Assembly (NCBI GenBank): GCA_049720475.1 | Contig: JBNASH010000035.1 | Location: 20,015 to 84,014 of the forward strand | Reading direction: 5' to 3' | Length of the DNA stretch: 64,000 nucleotides | DNA from: Minisyncoccia bacterium | GTDB taxonomy: Bacteria > Patescibacteriota > Minisyncoccia > UBA6257 > JAAZHW01 | Shown: positions 17,334-27,690 of the stretch, piece by piece | Position numbering within the stretch: position 1 is the stretch's first letter | Layout of the letters: each line of letters begins with the position of its first letter | Notes under the pieces: model-generated | What the model was told of the DNA's origin: nothing | The model's database searches: none | What the model saw: the letters and a program-made list of their open reading frames with translations, nothing else | Position numbers and translations under genes: made by a program

Positions 17334-20201
17334 TTATTTCAAAGAAATGAAAATTTTTTCATCATTAATTTCGAATTCTTCGCCTTCCTTATCTTCTCCC
17401 CATCTTATATCCTGACACAAACATTTTTTCTTAATTTCCTCTTTAAATTTATTAATCACATTTTTAATTTTTTCTGAATCTGTATTTACTTGCAAAATCA
17501 CATTTCTATCATCAACGCTTAATTTTTTCTCTTTACGCAATTGATTGATGCGGCGAGTTAATTCGCGCAGAATTCCTTCCTCTTCTAGTTCTGGCGAAAT
17601 TTCCGTATCCAGCCAATTCTTTGAACCCAAAGCAATTTCTCTAACATTCAATTCCTCTTTTACCAAATCTTCATATAATTGATTAAACAATTCTTCATCA
17701 GCAAATTGAATTTGTTTTAATGGTTGCCGGATTTTAATTTGCGCTTCGGATCTTAAAGCCAAACCAATTTCCACTGCTTCACGTGTTTTCTTCATCCGTT
17801 CAATACTTTCTGAATTAATTAATGCTTCACTAACTTTTGGCCAATCTTCCAAATGCACTGATTCTTTTTCGCCTTTTAATTCTTTATAAAGATATTCGGC
17901 TAAAAATGGCATCACCGGCGCTATTAATTTTGATAACTCCATCAACACATAACGCAAAACTGCCACTGCTTTTTCATCGCCGTCTTTAAATCTTTCTCGT
18001 GAACGTCGAACATACCAAGTTGATAAATCATCAATAAATTCCGCAATTGGCCGATTAGCCTTTGGCAAATCGTATTCATTATACGCTTCAGTCATTTCTT
18101 TTTTCATCAATTCCAAACGCGTCACAATCCAAACATCCAAAACATTCTCCAATGGTAAAATTAAATCTTTAATTTCGTTTTTGGCATAAAGTTTGTAGAA
18201 TGACAAAACGTTTAATAAAATCAAGATAACTTTTTTGAAAACCTCATCAACTTCTTTCTCGGAAAAACATAAATCTTCGGCTTTCATAACTTGGGAAGTT
18301 GTCAAATAGTATCGCACGGCATCAGCACTATATTTTTCCAAAACCTCGTAAGGATCAGTGTAATTCTTTAAATGTTTGGACATCTTTCGGCCGTCTTCCG
18401 CTAAAACAATACCATTGGCAATAACATTTTTAAAGGCAGCGCTATTTTTCAAAGCCGTCGCTAAAACATGAAGATAATAAAACCAAGCGCGAGTCTGATC
18501 AACACCTTCGGCAATAAATTCAGCTGGAAAATTTTTCTCAAATTTCTCTTTATTTTCAAAAGGATAATGCATTTGAGCGTAAGGCATTGACCCTGATTCA
18601 AACCAACAATCCAAAACATCCGGAATTCTTTTCATCACGCCGCCACACTTCTCGCATTTAAATGTAATCGGATCAATAAAATGTTTATGTAAATCGGTTA
18701 TTTTCTCTCCAGATAACTCTTCTAATTCTTTAATTGAACCAATAACTTTTTTCTCTCCGCAATTTTCACAAACCCATAAGGGAATAACTGAGCCCCAGTA
18801 GCGTTGACGGGAAATTGCCCAGTCTTTTGCGCCTTCCAACCATTTACCAAAACGTCCTTCTTTTAAATGGGCGGGCACCCAATTTATAATTTCAGCATTT
18901 TTTAAAAGTTGTGGTTTGATTTCGGTAACTTTCACAAACAAAGAAGTTGTTGCGTAATTCAAAAGTGGCGAATCACAACGCCAACAATGAGGATAACTAT
19001 GAGTATAGCGCTCAACATCAAAAACTAAATTTTTGTTTCTTAAAAATTCTATTACTTTTTCATCGGTTGATGTTGGCGCTTCTTTTGGTTTAACAGACAA
19101 ACCTTTAAAATCAATAACTTCTTCTTTAAATCGACCATCCAATCCAACATGCTGAATAAAAGGCAGATTCTTTTCTTTGCCCAACATCATATCTTCTTCA
19201 CCAAAAGCCGGCGCAATATGTACCACACCAGTACCATCCTCCACAGTTACAAAATTAGCAGTTTGAATAGTATAAAGCCGCTCTTTATTAGCTATTGGTT
19301 TATTAAGATAATAATCGAAAAGCGGCTTATATTTTTGATTAATCAATTGATCAACCGGCACTACTTCAATCAATGTTAAAGAATTTTTTAATTTTTCACT
19401 CTCAAATTTTGTTTTTAATTTTTCAAAATAATTTTTAGAAGCAATATAAATGCCGTCTAAATTATCGCTATTTTTAATTTCAAATTTTACATACTCAATA
19501 TTTTCACCAATAGCCAAAGCGACATTGCCAATTAAAGTCCAAGGAGTGGTGGTCCACGCTAAAACATAAGTTTTGGGTTCGTTATTGAGCTCAAACTTTA
19601 CAGTCACTGCCAAATCTTCAACATCGCGATAACCCTCCGAAACTTCAAATTGCGATAGAGTTGTCTCACACCGCGGGCAAATATGCATTGCTTTATAATC
19701 TTCATAAATTAAACCCCTTTCCCATAATTCTTTAAAAACCCACCAGATACTTTCCATATAATCAGGATCCATGGTTCGATAAGGATGCTCCATATCTACC
19801 CAACGGCCAAATCGTTCAATCACCTTTTTCCATTCCTCAGCATAAGTTAAAACACTCTGGCGGCAAGCTTCATTGAATTTATCAACGCCAATACTTTCAA
19901 TATCTTTTTTTGTTTTTATTCCTAATTTTTCTTCAACAATGTTTTCAATAGGCATTCCGTGACAATCCCAGCCCCAGCGACGTTCCACCCGATAACCTTG
20001 CATTGTAAAATAACGCGGCACAATATCCTTCATTAAACTAGCTACCAAATGGCCATAATGGGGCGTGCCAGTCGCAAATGGAGGACCATCATAAAAAACA
20101 TAGTCGCCTTTTGGCGCATCCTTTTTAACTGATTTTTCAAAAATTTGATTTTCTTTCCAAAATTTAATTATTTGTTTTTCTATTTCGGAAAAGGATAGCA
20201 T
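17334..20201 (-). CDS. ileS: Isoleucyl-tRNA synthetase, type 2 (eukaryote-like)
   Basis: FYDGPPFATGTPHYGHLVASLMKD ... RRWGWDCHGMPIE and KMSKHLKN motifs. The start is probably at MLSFSEIEKQIIKFWKEN (ATG at 20201) rather than the upstream ATG at 20279. Confidence 0.8.
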   Translation of the reverse strand: MLSFSEIEKQIIKFWKENQIFEKSVKKDAPKGDYVFYDGPPFATGTPHYGHLVASLMKDIVPRYFTMQGYRVERRWGWDCHGMPIENIVEEKLGIKTKKDIESIGVDKFNEACRQSVLTYAEEWKKVIERFGRWVDMEHPYRTMDPDYMESIWWVFKELWERGLIYEDYKAMHICPRCETTLSQFEVSEGYRDVEDLAVTVKFELNNEPKTYVLAWTTTPWTLIGNVALAIGENIEYVKFEIKNSDNLDGIYIASKNYFEKLKTKFESEKLKNSLTLIEVVPVDQLINQKYKPLFDYYLNKPIANKERLYTIQTANFVTVEDGTGVVHIAPAFGEEDMMLGKEKNLPFIQHVGLDGRFKEEVIDFKGLSVKPKEAPTSTDEKVIEFLRNKNLVFDVERYTHSYPHCWRCDSPLLNYATTSLFVKVTEIKPQLLKNAEIINWVPAHLKEGRFGKWLEGAKDWAISRQRYWGSVIPLWVCENCGEKKVIGSIKELEELSGEKITDLHKHFIDPITFKCEKCGGVMKRIPDVLDCWFESGSMPYAQMHYPFENKEKFEKNFPAEFIAEGVDQTRAWFYYLHVLATALKNSAAFKNVIANGIVLAEDGRKMSKHLKNYTDPYEVLEKYSADAVRYYLTTSQVMKAEDLCFSEKEVDEVFKKVILILLNVLSFYKLYAKNEIKDLILPLENVLDVWIVTRLELMKKEMTEAYNEYDLPKANRPIAEFIDDLSTWYVRRSRERFKDGDEKAVAVLRYVLMELSKLIAPVMPFLAEYLYKELKGEKESVHLEDWPKVSEALINSESIERMKKTREAVEIGLALRSEAQIKIRQPLKQIQFADEELFNQLYEDLVKEELNVREIALGSKNWLDTEISPELEEEGILRELTRRINQLRKEKKLSVDDRNVILQVNTDSEKIKNVINKFKEEIKKKCLCQDIRWGEDKEGEEFEINDEKIFISLK

Positions 20202-20313
20202 ATTTTTAATATTTTTATTATAAATTTTTCGACTGATTTTGTAAATGATTTTTAAAAGGCCGCTTGGAGTTCTCTCCAAGCGGCCTCAATTTCATCTCCT
20301 TACTTGGAGAGAA

Positions 20314-22419
20314 CTACTTGCGGCCGGCAATAATTTGTTCCGCAATATTTTTTGGCACCTCCTCGTAATGATCAAATTCCATTGTCATAAAGCCACGACC
20401 TTCCGTTAAAGAACGTAAATTTGTAACGTAACCAAACATTTCAGCCAAAGGAACCTTGGCATCAATTACTTTACTATCCAAACGATCGGAAATTTGTTCA
20501 ATGCGAGCGCGGCGAGAATTTAAATCACCGGTAACCTCACCCAAGAACTTCGCCGGTACAATCACTTGAACTTTCATGATTGGCTCAAGCAAAACTGGAT
20601 TTGATTTTTTAACAGCATCTTGCAAGGCTATTGATGCCGCAATCTTAAAAGCAAATTCTGAAGAATCGACTTCATGGAATGAACCATCATACAATGTTAC
20701 TCGAATATCCTGTAATGGATAACCAGCTAAAACTCCTTTTTGAGCTGCTTCTTTAACGCCTTTTTCAACTGCCGGAATAAATTCTTGAGGAATAACACCG
20801 CTTTTAATTTCATCAACAAATTCTAATCCTTTGCCGCGTTCCAAAGGTTCTACTCTTAACCAAACATGGCCATATTGACCGCGACCACCACTCTGACGGA
20901 TATATTTCCCTTCGGCTTCGGCCATGCCTTTAATTGTCTCTTTATAAGCAACTTGCGGTTTGCCAGTATTTGCTTCTACTTTAAATTCGCGGCGCATTCG
21001 ATCAACCAAAACATCTAAATGTAACTCGCCCATTCCTTTAATAATTGTTTCTCCTGTTTCTTGATCAGAAGCAACTTGAAATGTTGGATCTTCTTCAGCT
21101 AATTTTCTTAAAGCAATACTCAATTTTTCTTGATCGGCTTTAGATTTTGGTTCAATGCGCATCGAAATAACTGGCTCAGGAAATTCAATTTTTTCTAGAA
21201 TAATTGGGTGATTTTCATCGCAAAGTGTATCGCCAGTAGTTGTATATTTTAAACCAACCAGAGCAGCAATATCGCCCGCAAAAACTTCTTCAACCTCTTC
21301 CCGATGATTAGCGTGCATTCGAACAATTCGACCAGCACGTTCTTTTTGGCCTTTAGTAGCATTCAAAATATAACTGCCTCGCTTTAAAACGCCAGAATAA
21401 ACACGGAAATAAGTTAAATTTCCCACAAAAGGATCAGTAGCAATTTTAAAGGCTAAAGCAGTAAACGGTTCATCATCGCTAACTTGTCGAATAATTTCAG
21501 CACCGGTTTTTGGATCAAAACCTTTTGTTGGCGGTAAGTCCAAAGGCGATGGCAAATAATCAACCACACCATCAAGCAAAAACTGCACACCTTTATTTCT
21601 TAAAGCTGAACCACAAAAAACCGGCACGATTTTGCTTTCAATAGTCGCTTTGCGCAAGGCCTTGCGCAATTCCTCTACTGAAATTTCTTGCCCTTCTAAA
21701 TATTTATTCATCAATTCTTCATCTGTCTCAACAATTTTCTCTACCAACTCATTTCTCATTTTCTGAGCTTCTTCAATTAAATTTTTGGGGATTTCTATTT
21801 CATTAATAAACTCACCTTTTTCACCAGTAAAGTTATAGGCCTTCATTGTTAATAAATCAATTATTCCTTCAAATTCTGATTCCAAACCAATATTCAATTG
21901 TACTGGCATGGCATTGGGATTTAATCTTTCTCGAATTGATTGAAGAGAACGCATAAAACTTGCTCCCATTCGATCTAATTTATTAACAAAACAAATGCGC
22001 GGTACATGATATTTATCAGCTTGATGCCAAACTGTTTCGGATTGTGGCTCAACACCAGCCACGCCATCAAAAACAACTACCGCTCCATCCAAAACTCTTA
22101 ATGAACGCTGAACTTCAACGGTAAAATCGATATGACCCGGCGTATCAATTATATTAATTCGAAATTCTTTTTTGGCACGCTCTTCGGGAGTTTTGTAGGT
22201 TTGTGTCCAGAAACAGGTTGTGGCCGCAGCTGTAATAGTAATACCGCGCTCCCTCTCTTGTTCCATCCAATCCATTATTGCCTCTCCTTCGTGAACCTCA
22301 CCAATTTTATGAGAAATACCTGTATAATACAAAACTCGCTCCGTTACTGTTGTTTTTCCAGCATCAATGTGAGCAATAATGCCGATGTCTCTGGTTTTTT
22401 CTAATGGATATTCTCTCAT
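20314..22419 (-). CDS. fusA: Elongation factor G
   Basis: [23 protein letters not shown]-domain. 701 aa. Downstream of rpsL-rpsG. Confidence 0.9.
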   Translation of the reverse strand: MREYPLEKTRDIGIIAHIDAGKTTVTERVLYYTGISHKIGEVHEGEAIMDWMEQERERGITITAAATTCFWTQTYKTPEERAKKEFRINIIDTPGHIDFTVEVQRSLRVLDGAVVVFDGVAGVEPQSETVWHQADKYHVPRICFVNKLDRMGASFMRSLQSIRERLNPNAMPVQLNIGLESEFEGIIDLLTMKAYNFTGEKGEFINEIEIPKNLIEEAQKMRNELVEKIVETDEELMNKYLEGQEISVEELRKALRKATIESKIVPVFCGSALRNKGVQFLLDGVVDYLPSPLDLPPTKGFDPKTGAEIIRQVSDDEPFTALAFKIATDPFVGNLTYFRVYSGVLKRGSYILNATKGQKERAGRIVRMHANHREEVEEVFAGDIAALVGLKYTTTGDTLCDENHPIILEKIEFPEPVISMRIEPKSKADQEKLSIALRKLAEEDPTFQVASDQETGETIIKGMGELHLDVLVDRMRREFKVEANTGKPQVAYKETIKGMAEAEGKYIRQSGGRGQYGHVWLRVEPLERGKGLEFVDEIKSGVIPQEFIPAVEKGVKEAAQKGVLAGYPLQDIRVTLYDGSFHEVDSSEFAFKIAASIALQDAVKKSNPVLLEPIMKVQVIVPAKFLGEVTGDLNSRRARIEQISDRLDSKVIDAKVPLAEMFGYVTNLRSLTEGRGFMTMEFDHYEEVPKNIAEQIIAGRK

Positions 22420-22482
22420 GTTTAAGTATCTTTAATTTAAAGGGATTAAAAAATCCGACTCGTTAAATTTACTATAAAGTGT

Positions 22483-22950
22483 TTACCATGAAAAATGAGC
22501 AAAGGCGCGATTGGCCTCGGCAATTCGGTGGGTATCCATTTTCTTTTTAACAGCATATCCTTCATTATTGCTAGCAGCAATAATTTCTTCAGCTAATTTT
22601 TCATAAGATGGTTTGCCTCGACGTGAACGAATCGCTTGAATAATCCAACGACAGGCCAAAGTAAATTGTCTTTCTGGTTTAACCAATTGTGGCACTTGAT
22701 AGTTAGCGCCTCCAATTCTTTTTGATTTCACCTCAACAAGAGGTGAAGCATTTTTTATAGCCAAATCAAAAACCTCTAAAGGATCCTTGCCTGTTTTCTC
22801 TTTAATCAATTCCATTGCTTTATAAAAAATTTTTTCAGCCGTTAATTTTTGACCGCGCTGCATTAAATAGTTAATAAATCGAGTACATTCAACTCGATTA
22901 TAAACTAAATCTGGTTCGAATGTTCTTTTTTTAGCACGTTTTTTACGCAT
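22483..22950 (-). CDS. rpsG: 30S ribosomal protein S7
   Basis: 155-aa S7-like sequence in the str-operon position. Confidence 0.85.
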   Translation of the reverse strand: MRKKRAKKRTFEPDLVYNRVECTRFINYLMQRGQKLTAEKIFYKAMELIKEKTGKDPLEVFDLAIKNASPLVEVKSKRIGGANYQVPQLVKPERQFTLACRWIIQAIRSRRGKPSYEKLAEEIIAASNNEGYAVKKKMDTHRIAEANRAFAHFSW

Positions 22951-22977
22951 AATTTATTACTTTAATAATTTATTACT

Positions 22978-23388
22978 TTATTGGGGCTTTTTGGCACCGT
23001 ATTTAGAACGTTGTTGACGACGACCCTCAACACCAGCCGCATCCAAAACACCACGAACAATATGATAACGAACACCTGGCAAATCCTTTACGCGGCCTCC
23101 CCTTACCAAAACAACTGAATGTTCTTGTAAATTATGGCCGATACCTGGAATATAAGCCGTCACCTCAATCCCATTAGTCAATCTCACACGAGCTACTTTT
23201 CGCAAAGCCGAGTTTGGTTTTTTGGGAGTAGTTGTAAAAACCTTCAAACAAACACCGCGCTTAAATGGAGATGGATATTTAACCGGTCTATTTTTTAAAT
23301 AATTAAAACCCCACATCAATGCCGGTGCTTTACTTTTATAAACTATTCTCTTTCTTCCTTTTTTAACTAATTGGTTGATTGTTGGCAT
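22978..23388 (-). CDS. rpsL: 30S ribosomal protein S12
   Basis: [13 protein letters not shown] ... [19 protein letters not shown] signature. Confidence 0.9.
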   Translation of the reverse strand: MPTINQLVKKGRKRIVYKSKAPALMWGFNYLKNRPVKYPSPFKRGVCLKVFTTTPKKPNSALRKVARVRLTNGIEVTAYIPGIGHNLQEHSVVLVRGGRVKDLPGVRYHIVRGVLDAAGVEGRRQQRSKYGAKKPQ

Positions 23389-23401
23389 AAATATGTAAAA
23401 T

Positions 23402-23430
23402 ACTTTAACAAATTAAAAGCGTAATGTCAA
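23402..23430 (-). promoter_or_regulatory. Putative sigma-70 promoter of the rpsL-rpsG-fusA operon: -35 TTGACA, 17-nt spacer, -10 TAAAGT
   Basis: Canonical -35 and a 4/6 -10 on the reverse complement, 13 nt upstream of the rpsL ATG. Confidence 0.4.
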
Positions 23431-23435
23431 GCAAT

Positions 23436-23464
23436 TTGCTTGTCTTTTCAATTTTTTATATAAT
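23436..23464 (+). promoter_or_regulatory. Putative promoter for the divergent CorA-like gene: -35 TTGCTT, 17-nt spacer, -10 TATAAT, 8 nt to ATG
   Basis: Perfect -10 hexamer and good spacing. Implies a very short leader. Confidence 0.4.
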
Positions 23465-23472
23465 AAAAAGGT

Positions 23473-24378
23473 ATGAAAAGAGAAATACAATCAAAAATTA
23501 ATTGGATTGATATCATTTCTCCAACAGAAGAAGATTTAAAATTTTTACAAGAAAAATTTAAACTTCATCCTATTTTAATCGACGAATTAAAACAACCGTC
23601 TACGCGTTCCAAAATTGAGATTTATGATAAATTAATGTTCGTCGTTTATTATTTCTCGAGTTATAACGAAATCGAAAAAACATCCGAAGCAATTGAAGTT
23701 GATTTTTTAATTACTGACAAAAATTTGATAACGGTGCACTACAAAAATTATGAACCACTTGAAGAAATTTTTAATTCCTTAAAAAACAATCTTTTAGACC
23801 CACATCTTAATCAAAGCCCAGCGCACTTACTCTACTATATTTTGGAAAATGGCTTAATCTTTTCTCTTCGTCAATTAACCCACATTCAAGAAAAAATCAA
23901 AACAATCGAATGCGATTTGTTTAAAGGCGAACATAAATCATTAATTGAAAGAATCGCTATCGTCAAAAGAGATATCTTAGACCAAAGAATTATTGCTCGT
24001 TTACAACATCCTATTTTAGAATCATTAAAGGTTAAGGGTATTAATTTCTTCGGAAAAAATTTAGAAATTTATTTTAATGATCTATTGGGCGATTATGAAA
24101 AATTATGGATGAGTATTGATAATTTAAAAGAAACGATTGAATCTTTAGAAAACACCAACAACACCTTTTTTGAAAGCCGCACCAACGAAATTATGAAAAT
24201 TTTAACAATTATGGCTTTTATTACCTTCCCTCTTACGCTCTTTTCAAGTATTTTTAGCATGAATACAAAAAATACTCCTTTGGTTGATTCGCCTTATGGT
24301 TTCTGGTATATTGTCGGCTTAATGATTTTATTTGCTCTGATTTTCCTCGCTATTTTCAAAAAGAAAAAATGGCTCTAA
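23473..24378 (+). CDS. corA: CorA-family divalent cation transporter-like protein (two C-terminal TM helices; signature reads F-S-M-N instead of Y-G-M-N)
   Basis: Overall CorA architecture with a C-terminal TM hairpin (FSSIFSMNTKNTP ... YGFWYIVGLMILFALIFLAIF). Confidence 0.55.
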   Translation: MKREIQSKINWIDIISPTEEDLKFLQEKFKLHPILIDELKQPSTRSKIEIYDKLMFVVYYFSSYNEIEKTSEAIEVDFLITDKNLITVHYKNYEPLEEIFNSLKNNLLDPHLNQSPAHLLYYILENGLIFSLRQLTHIQEKIKTIECDLFKGEHKSLIERIAIVKRDILDQRIIARLQHPILESLKVKGINFFGKNLEIYFNDLLGDYEKLWMSIDNLKETIESLENTNNTFFESRTNEIMKILTIMAFITFPLTLFSSIFSMNTKNTPLVDSPYGFWYIVGLMILFALIFLAIFKKKKWL

Positions 24379-25241
24379 AAAATTTTTTTAATTTCTAAAT
24401 TGTTATCAAAAATGATTTTAATATTGTGATCAATGTCGGTTCTGAAAATTTCAGAACCGATTTTGTTTAAAAAATCAATCACTTCTTGATGGGGATGGCC
24501 AAATTGATTATTTAATCCCACACCAATCAAAGCAATTTTTGGTCTAAATAAATTAAAAAATTCTTCATTTAAGCTCGTTTTTGAACCATGGTGCGCTACT
24601 TTTAAAATATCTATCGATGCTTCATTACTTAAAAAATCTTTAATTTGTTCAAGAATTTTTTTCGAAACATCACCCAAAAATAAAGCGGAGTGGTTTAAAT
24701 TTTTAAATAATAAAACGAGCGATAAATCATTCAAATCTTTTAAAAGCGTGGTTTGGGATGGCCAAACAATATAAAATTGGCTATCGTTAATTTTAATTTT
24801 ATCTCCTTTAGCTAAGGTTATAATTGGAATTTGCTTTTGTTTTAGTTTATTTAAGAGTTCTTCAAATGATTTGGTTTGGTTATCAAAACCATTATAAATA
24901 AAAATTTGAGGCGGGTTTTCATCAATCAATTTTAAAAATCCGCCATAATGATCTAAATTAGCATGACTTAGAATCCAAACATCAATCGAGCGGTTAAAAT
25001 AATGGCTGGTTTTAGAAAGCGCTTCTTCTATTTTTCCCCCATCGCCCGAATCGATTAATATCCTGCCGGAAAAAGGAAAATTGATTAAAGTCGCATCTCC
25101 TTGTCCAACATCTAAAAAATACAACTCGACAAACTTTGACGATTTTAAAATTTGATACCACAAAATACCATCGACAATAACGAATAAAAGAATGATAAAA
25201 ACTAATTTAGTTTTGAAAAACTTGGGCTTTTGTTCGAACAT
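24375..25241 (-). CDS. comEC: ComEC/Rec2 C-terminal metallo-beta-lactamase domain, as a separate ORF
   Basis: VGQGDATLI, HANLDHYGG and VAHHGSKTS beta-lactamase-fold motifs with a leading TM helix. Overlaps the upstream ComEC ORF by 35 nt in another frame. Confidence 0.7.
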   Translation of the reverse strand: MFEQKPKFFKTKLVFIILLFVIVDGILWYQILKSSKFVELYFLDVGQGDATLINFPFSGRILIDSGDGGKIEEALSKTSHYFNRSIDVWILSHANLDHYGGFLKLIDENPPQIFIYNGFDNQTKSFEELLNKLKQKQIPIITLAKGDKIKINDSQFYIVWPSQTTLLKDLNDLSLVLLFKNLNHSALFLGDVSKKILEQIKDFLSNEASIDILKVAHHGSKTSLNEEFFNLFRPKIALIGVGLNNQFGHPHQEVIDFLNKIGSEIFRTDIDHNIKIIFDNNLEIKKIF

Positions 25242-26715
25242 TTTTTAATAAATAGACAAAAATATAGAAAGCTACCACCAACCAAAATATTATCTCCGAA
25301 AATCTGCCAAAATTCAAAGTGGCAAAGGGCAAACTACCAAACATTTTTATTAATAAAACTTCGAAATGTAATAAAAGATATGGGAAAAAACCAAAAACAA
25401 TTCCCAACCACAAATTTAAATAAGATAAAATTATAGCTATAAATCCCAAAAGCATGGTGTAAGGAATCAAAGAAATAATTAAAACATTCGCGATTGGCGA
25501 AATCAAAGAAATATAACCAAAACGAAAAATTAACAAAGGCAAAACTGCCGATTGAGCAGAAAAAGTAGTTGCTATAACTTCCCGCCAATTTAAAAAAGAG
25601 GGTTTTTCAACCTGAAAAAGACGATTAAAAAACGGAGATAAATAAATTAGACCCAGCGTGGCCGCAAAAGATAATTGAAAGCCCATATCAAAACGCAAAA
25701 TTTTTGGGTTTAAAAGAAGCATTAAGAATGCGGCAAAAAATAGGGCATTTTTAATTTGATAGGGTTTGCCAATTTTATAACTTAAGACCAAAATTCCACC
25801 CATAATACCCGCGCGAACAATCGATGGTGAAGCGCCCGTTAAAATAACAAAAAGCAAAATAAAAATGATGACCAACCAAAACGCTTTTGGCCGCGCAATG
25901 CCTAAAAAAATTAAAAACGAATAAACAGCATTGGTGATAATCGTAATATTAAACCCAGACAAAGCAATTAAATGTATCGTGCCAGTTTTTTGAAGGGCAA
26001 CTTCTAAATTTTTATCCAGAGTTTTTTTCTCTCCTAAAAGCAAACCATTTAAAAAACTTTTTTCTGGTTCTGGGAAAACATTATTAATTTGTTTTTGAAA
26101 ACAATTTTTAATCCCGTATAAAAAATTATTTAACCAAAATCCTTGATGGGAACCAATAACTTTAATCTGCGGATAATTAACTACCGAGTAAATATTGCTT
26201 TTAGCTAAATAAGATTTGTAATCGAAGTTGGAAAAAGACGCTGGTTCTTCAAATTTACCTGAGAAAATAATTTTATCCCCGTATTGAAAATTTTCATTAT
26301 TGTTTTTTGTTTTTATTAAAATTTTGCCCTTCAAAGGCGGAGATAACTTTGCTTCAAAAGAAACAAAATTGTTCTGATAAACTGGCAGACTAGAAATAAC
26401 AGCTGTAATATTTTGCATTGTTTTGCCATTTAACCATAAAGAAGAATGTGTTTTTTGGTATTGCTCATAAATTTGGAAATAAGAAAAACCGATGGCGAAA
26501 ACTAACAAGTAAATGCCAAAAATAATTTTATTTTTAAACAAATACTCTTGGAAACAAAAAATTAGAGCAAATAAGAAAATGCTAATACTCGCTATTAAAC
26601 CGGCTGTTTCAAAAAAAGAAGAAAAGAAAACACCAACAATAAAAATTAAAATTAATAAAAGAAATTTGGAGGGTAAATCTTTTTCATTAAGACCCCGCAA
26701 ATAACTTTTAAACAT
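25207..26715 (-). CDS. comEC: ComEC/Rec2 N-terminal membrane (DUF4131 plus competence) domain ORF
   Basis: 502-aa polytopic membrane protein with the ComEC competence-domain pattern. Ends 35 nt inside the next ORF, so a frameshifted single comEC is likely. Confidence 0.65.
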   Translation of the reverse strand: MFKSYLRGLNEKDLPSKFLLLILIFIVGVFFSSFFETAGLIASISIFLFALIFCFQEYLFKNKIIFGIYLLVFAIGFSYFQIYEQYQKTHSSLWLNGKTMQNITAVISSLPVYQNNFVSFEAKLSPPLKGKILIKTKNNNENFQYGDKIIFSGKFEEPASFSNFDYKSYLAKSNIYSVVNYPQIKVIGSHQGFWLNNFLYGIKNCFQKQINNVFPEPEKSFLNGLLLGEKKTLDKNLEVALQKTGTIHLIALSGFNITIITNAVYSFLIFLGIARPKAFWLVIIFILLFVILTGASPSIVRAGIMGGILVLSYKIGKPYQIKNALFFAAFLMLLLNPKILRFDMGFQLSFAATLGLIYLSPFFNRLFQVEKPSFLNWREVIATTFSAQSAVLPLLIFRFGYISLISPIANVLIISLIPYTMLLGFIAIILSYLNLWLGIVFGFFPYLLLHFEVLLIKMFGSLPFATLNFGRFSEIIFWLVVAFYIFVYLLKNVRTKAQVFQN

Positions 26716-26717
26716 AA

Positions 26718-27689
26718 TTACTGGGAATAAATAATTTTTTCTAGAATATTTTTTAATTTAATTGGATCGTGACGCAGCAATCCTTTTTTACGTAATAAAT
26801 CTTCTTTGATAATTTGATATTTTGACATCTGTTTTTTATCCAAAACAATTCTAACAAATTTCGAACCTTCTTCCTGATATTTCTTAATTCTTTTTTTATC
26901 AGGCTGCCGGGTGTTGATGACCACATAATTCAAAATATTCTTCCCAACATATTTTTCAAAAACTCGAATAAAATCAGCGGTAGTAAAATTATCGGTTTCG
27001 CCTTTTTTGGTCATAATGTTGGTGATAAAAATTTTTTTGGCTTTGCTTTTTTTAATCGTATCTTTTACTCCCTTAACTAAAAAATTGGGCAAAATACTTG
27101 TGTATAAATCACCAGGACCAATAATAATGACATCAGCTTTTAAAATTGCCTCTTTGGCTAAAGGATTAATTTTAACTGGAGGCTGAAGCCATATTTTTTT
27201 AATGGGAGGAGGGTTTTTTTCTTTACGACGATCAATGGCTGCTTCGCCATAAATAATTTGCCCATTTTTTAATTGGGCAACCAAATGACAATTTTGAAGA
27301 GTTACTGGAATAACTTCACCAGAAATATTTAAAATTTTCCCTGCCTCCAAAATGGCTTTTTGAAAACTGCCGGTAATGCGTTCGAGGGCTGTTAAAAAAA
27401 GATTACCAAAACTGTGACCATCTAAAAAATAACTCTCATTAAAACGATAATTAAAAAGTTTAGCTAAAATTTTGTTATCCGAATGAGATAAAGCAATTAA
27501 AGCGCGCCTCACATCGCCTGGCGGCAGAATGCCAAATTCCTCTCTTAAAATACCAGTGGAACCACCTGAATCAGCCATACTAATAATTGCCGACAAATGA
27601 AACGGCGAATTTTTTAAACTATTTAAAACTACAAAAACTCCAGTTCCACCACCAATTACTACTACATTTTTCTTTTTTTCTTTTTTCAT
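26718..27689 (-). CDS. YvcK/CofD-like gluconeogenesis-factor family protein (UPF0052)
   Basis: VVVIGGGTG ... ISMADSGGSTGILR motifs. Start chosen at the internal ATG (MKKEKKK) to avoid a 47-nt overlap. Confidence 0.65.
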   Translation of the reverse strand: MKKEKKKNVVVIGGGTGVFVVLNSLKNSPFHLSAIISMADSGGSTGILREEFGILPPGDVRRALIALSHSDNKILAKLFNYRFNESYFLDGHSFGNLFLTALERITGSFQKAILEAGKILNISGEVIPVTLQNCHLVAQLKNGQIIYGEAAIDRRKEKNPPPIKKIWLQPPVKINPLAKEAILKADVIIIGPGDLYTSILPNFLVKGVKDTIKKSKAKKIFITNIMTKKGETDNFTTADFIRVFEKYVGKNILNYVVINTRQPDKKRIKKYQEEGSKFVRIVLDKKQMSKYQIIKEDLLRKKGLLRHDPIKLKNILEKIIYSQ

Positions 27690-27690
27690 A

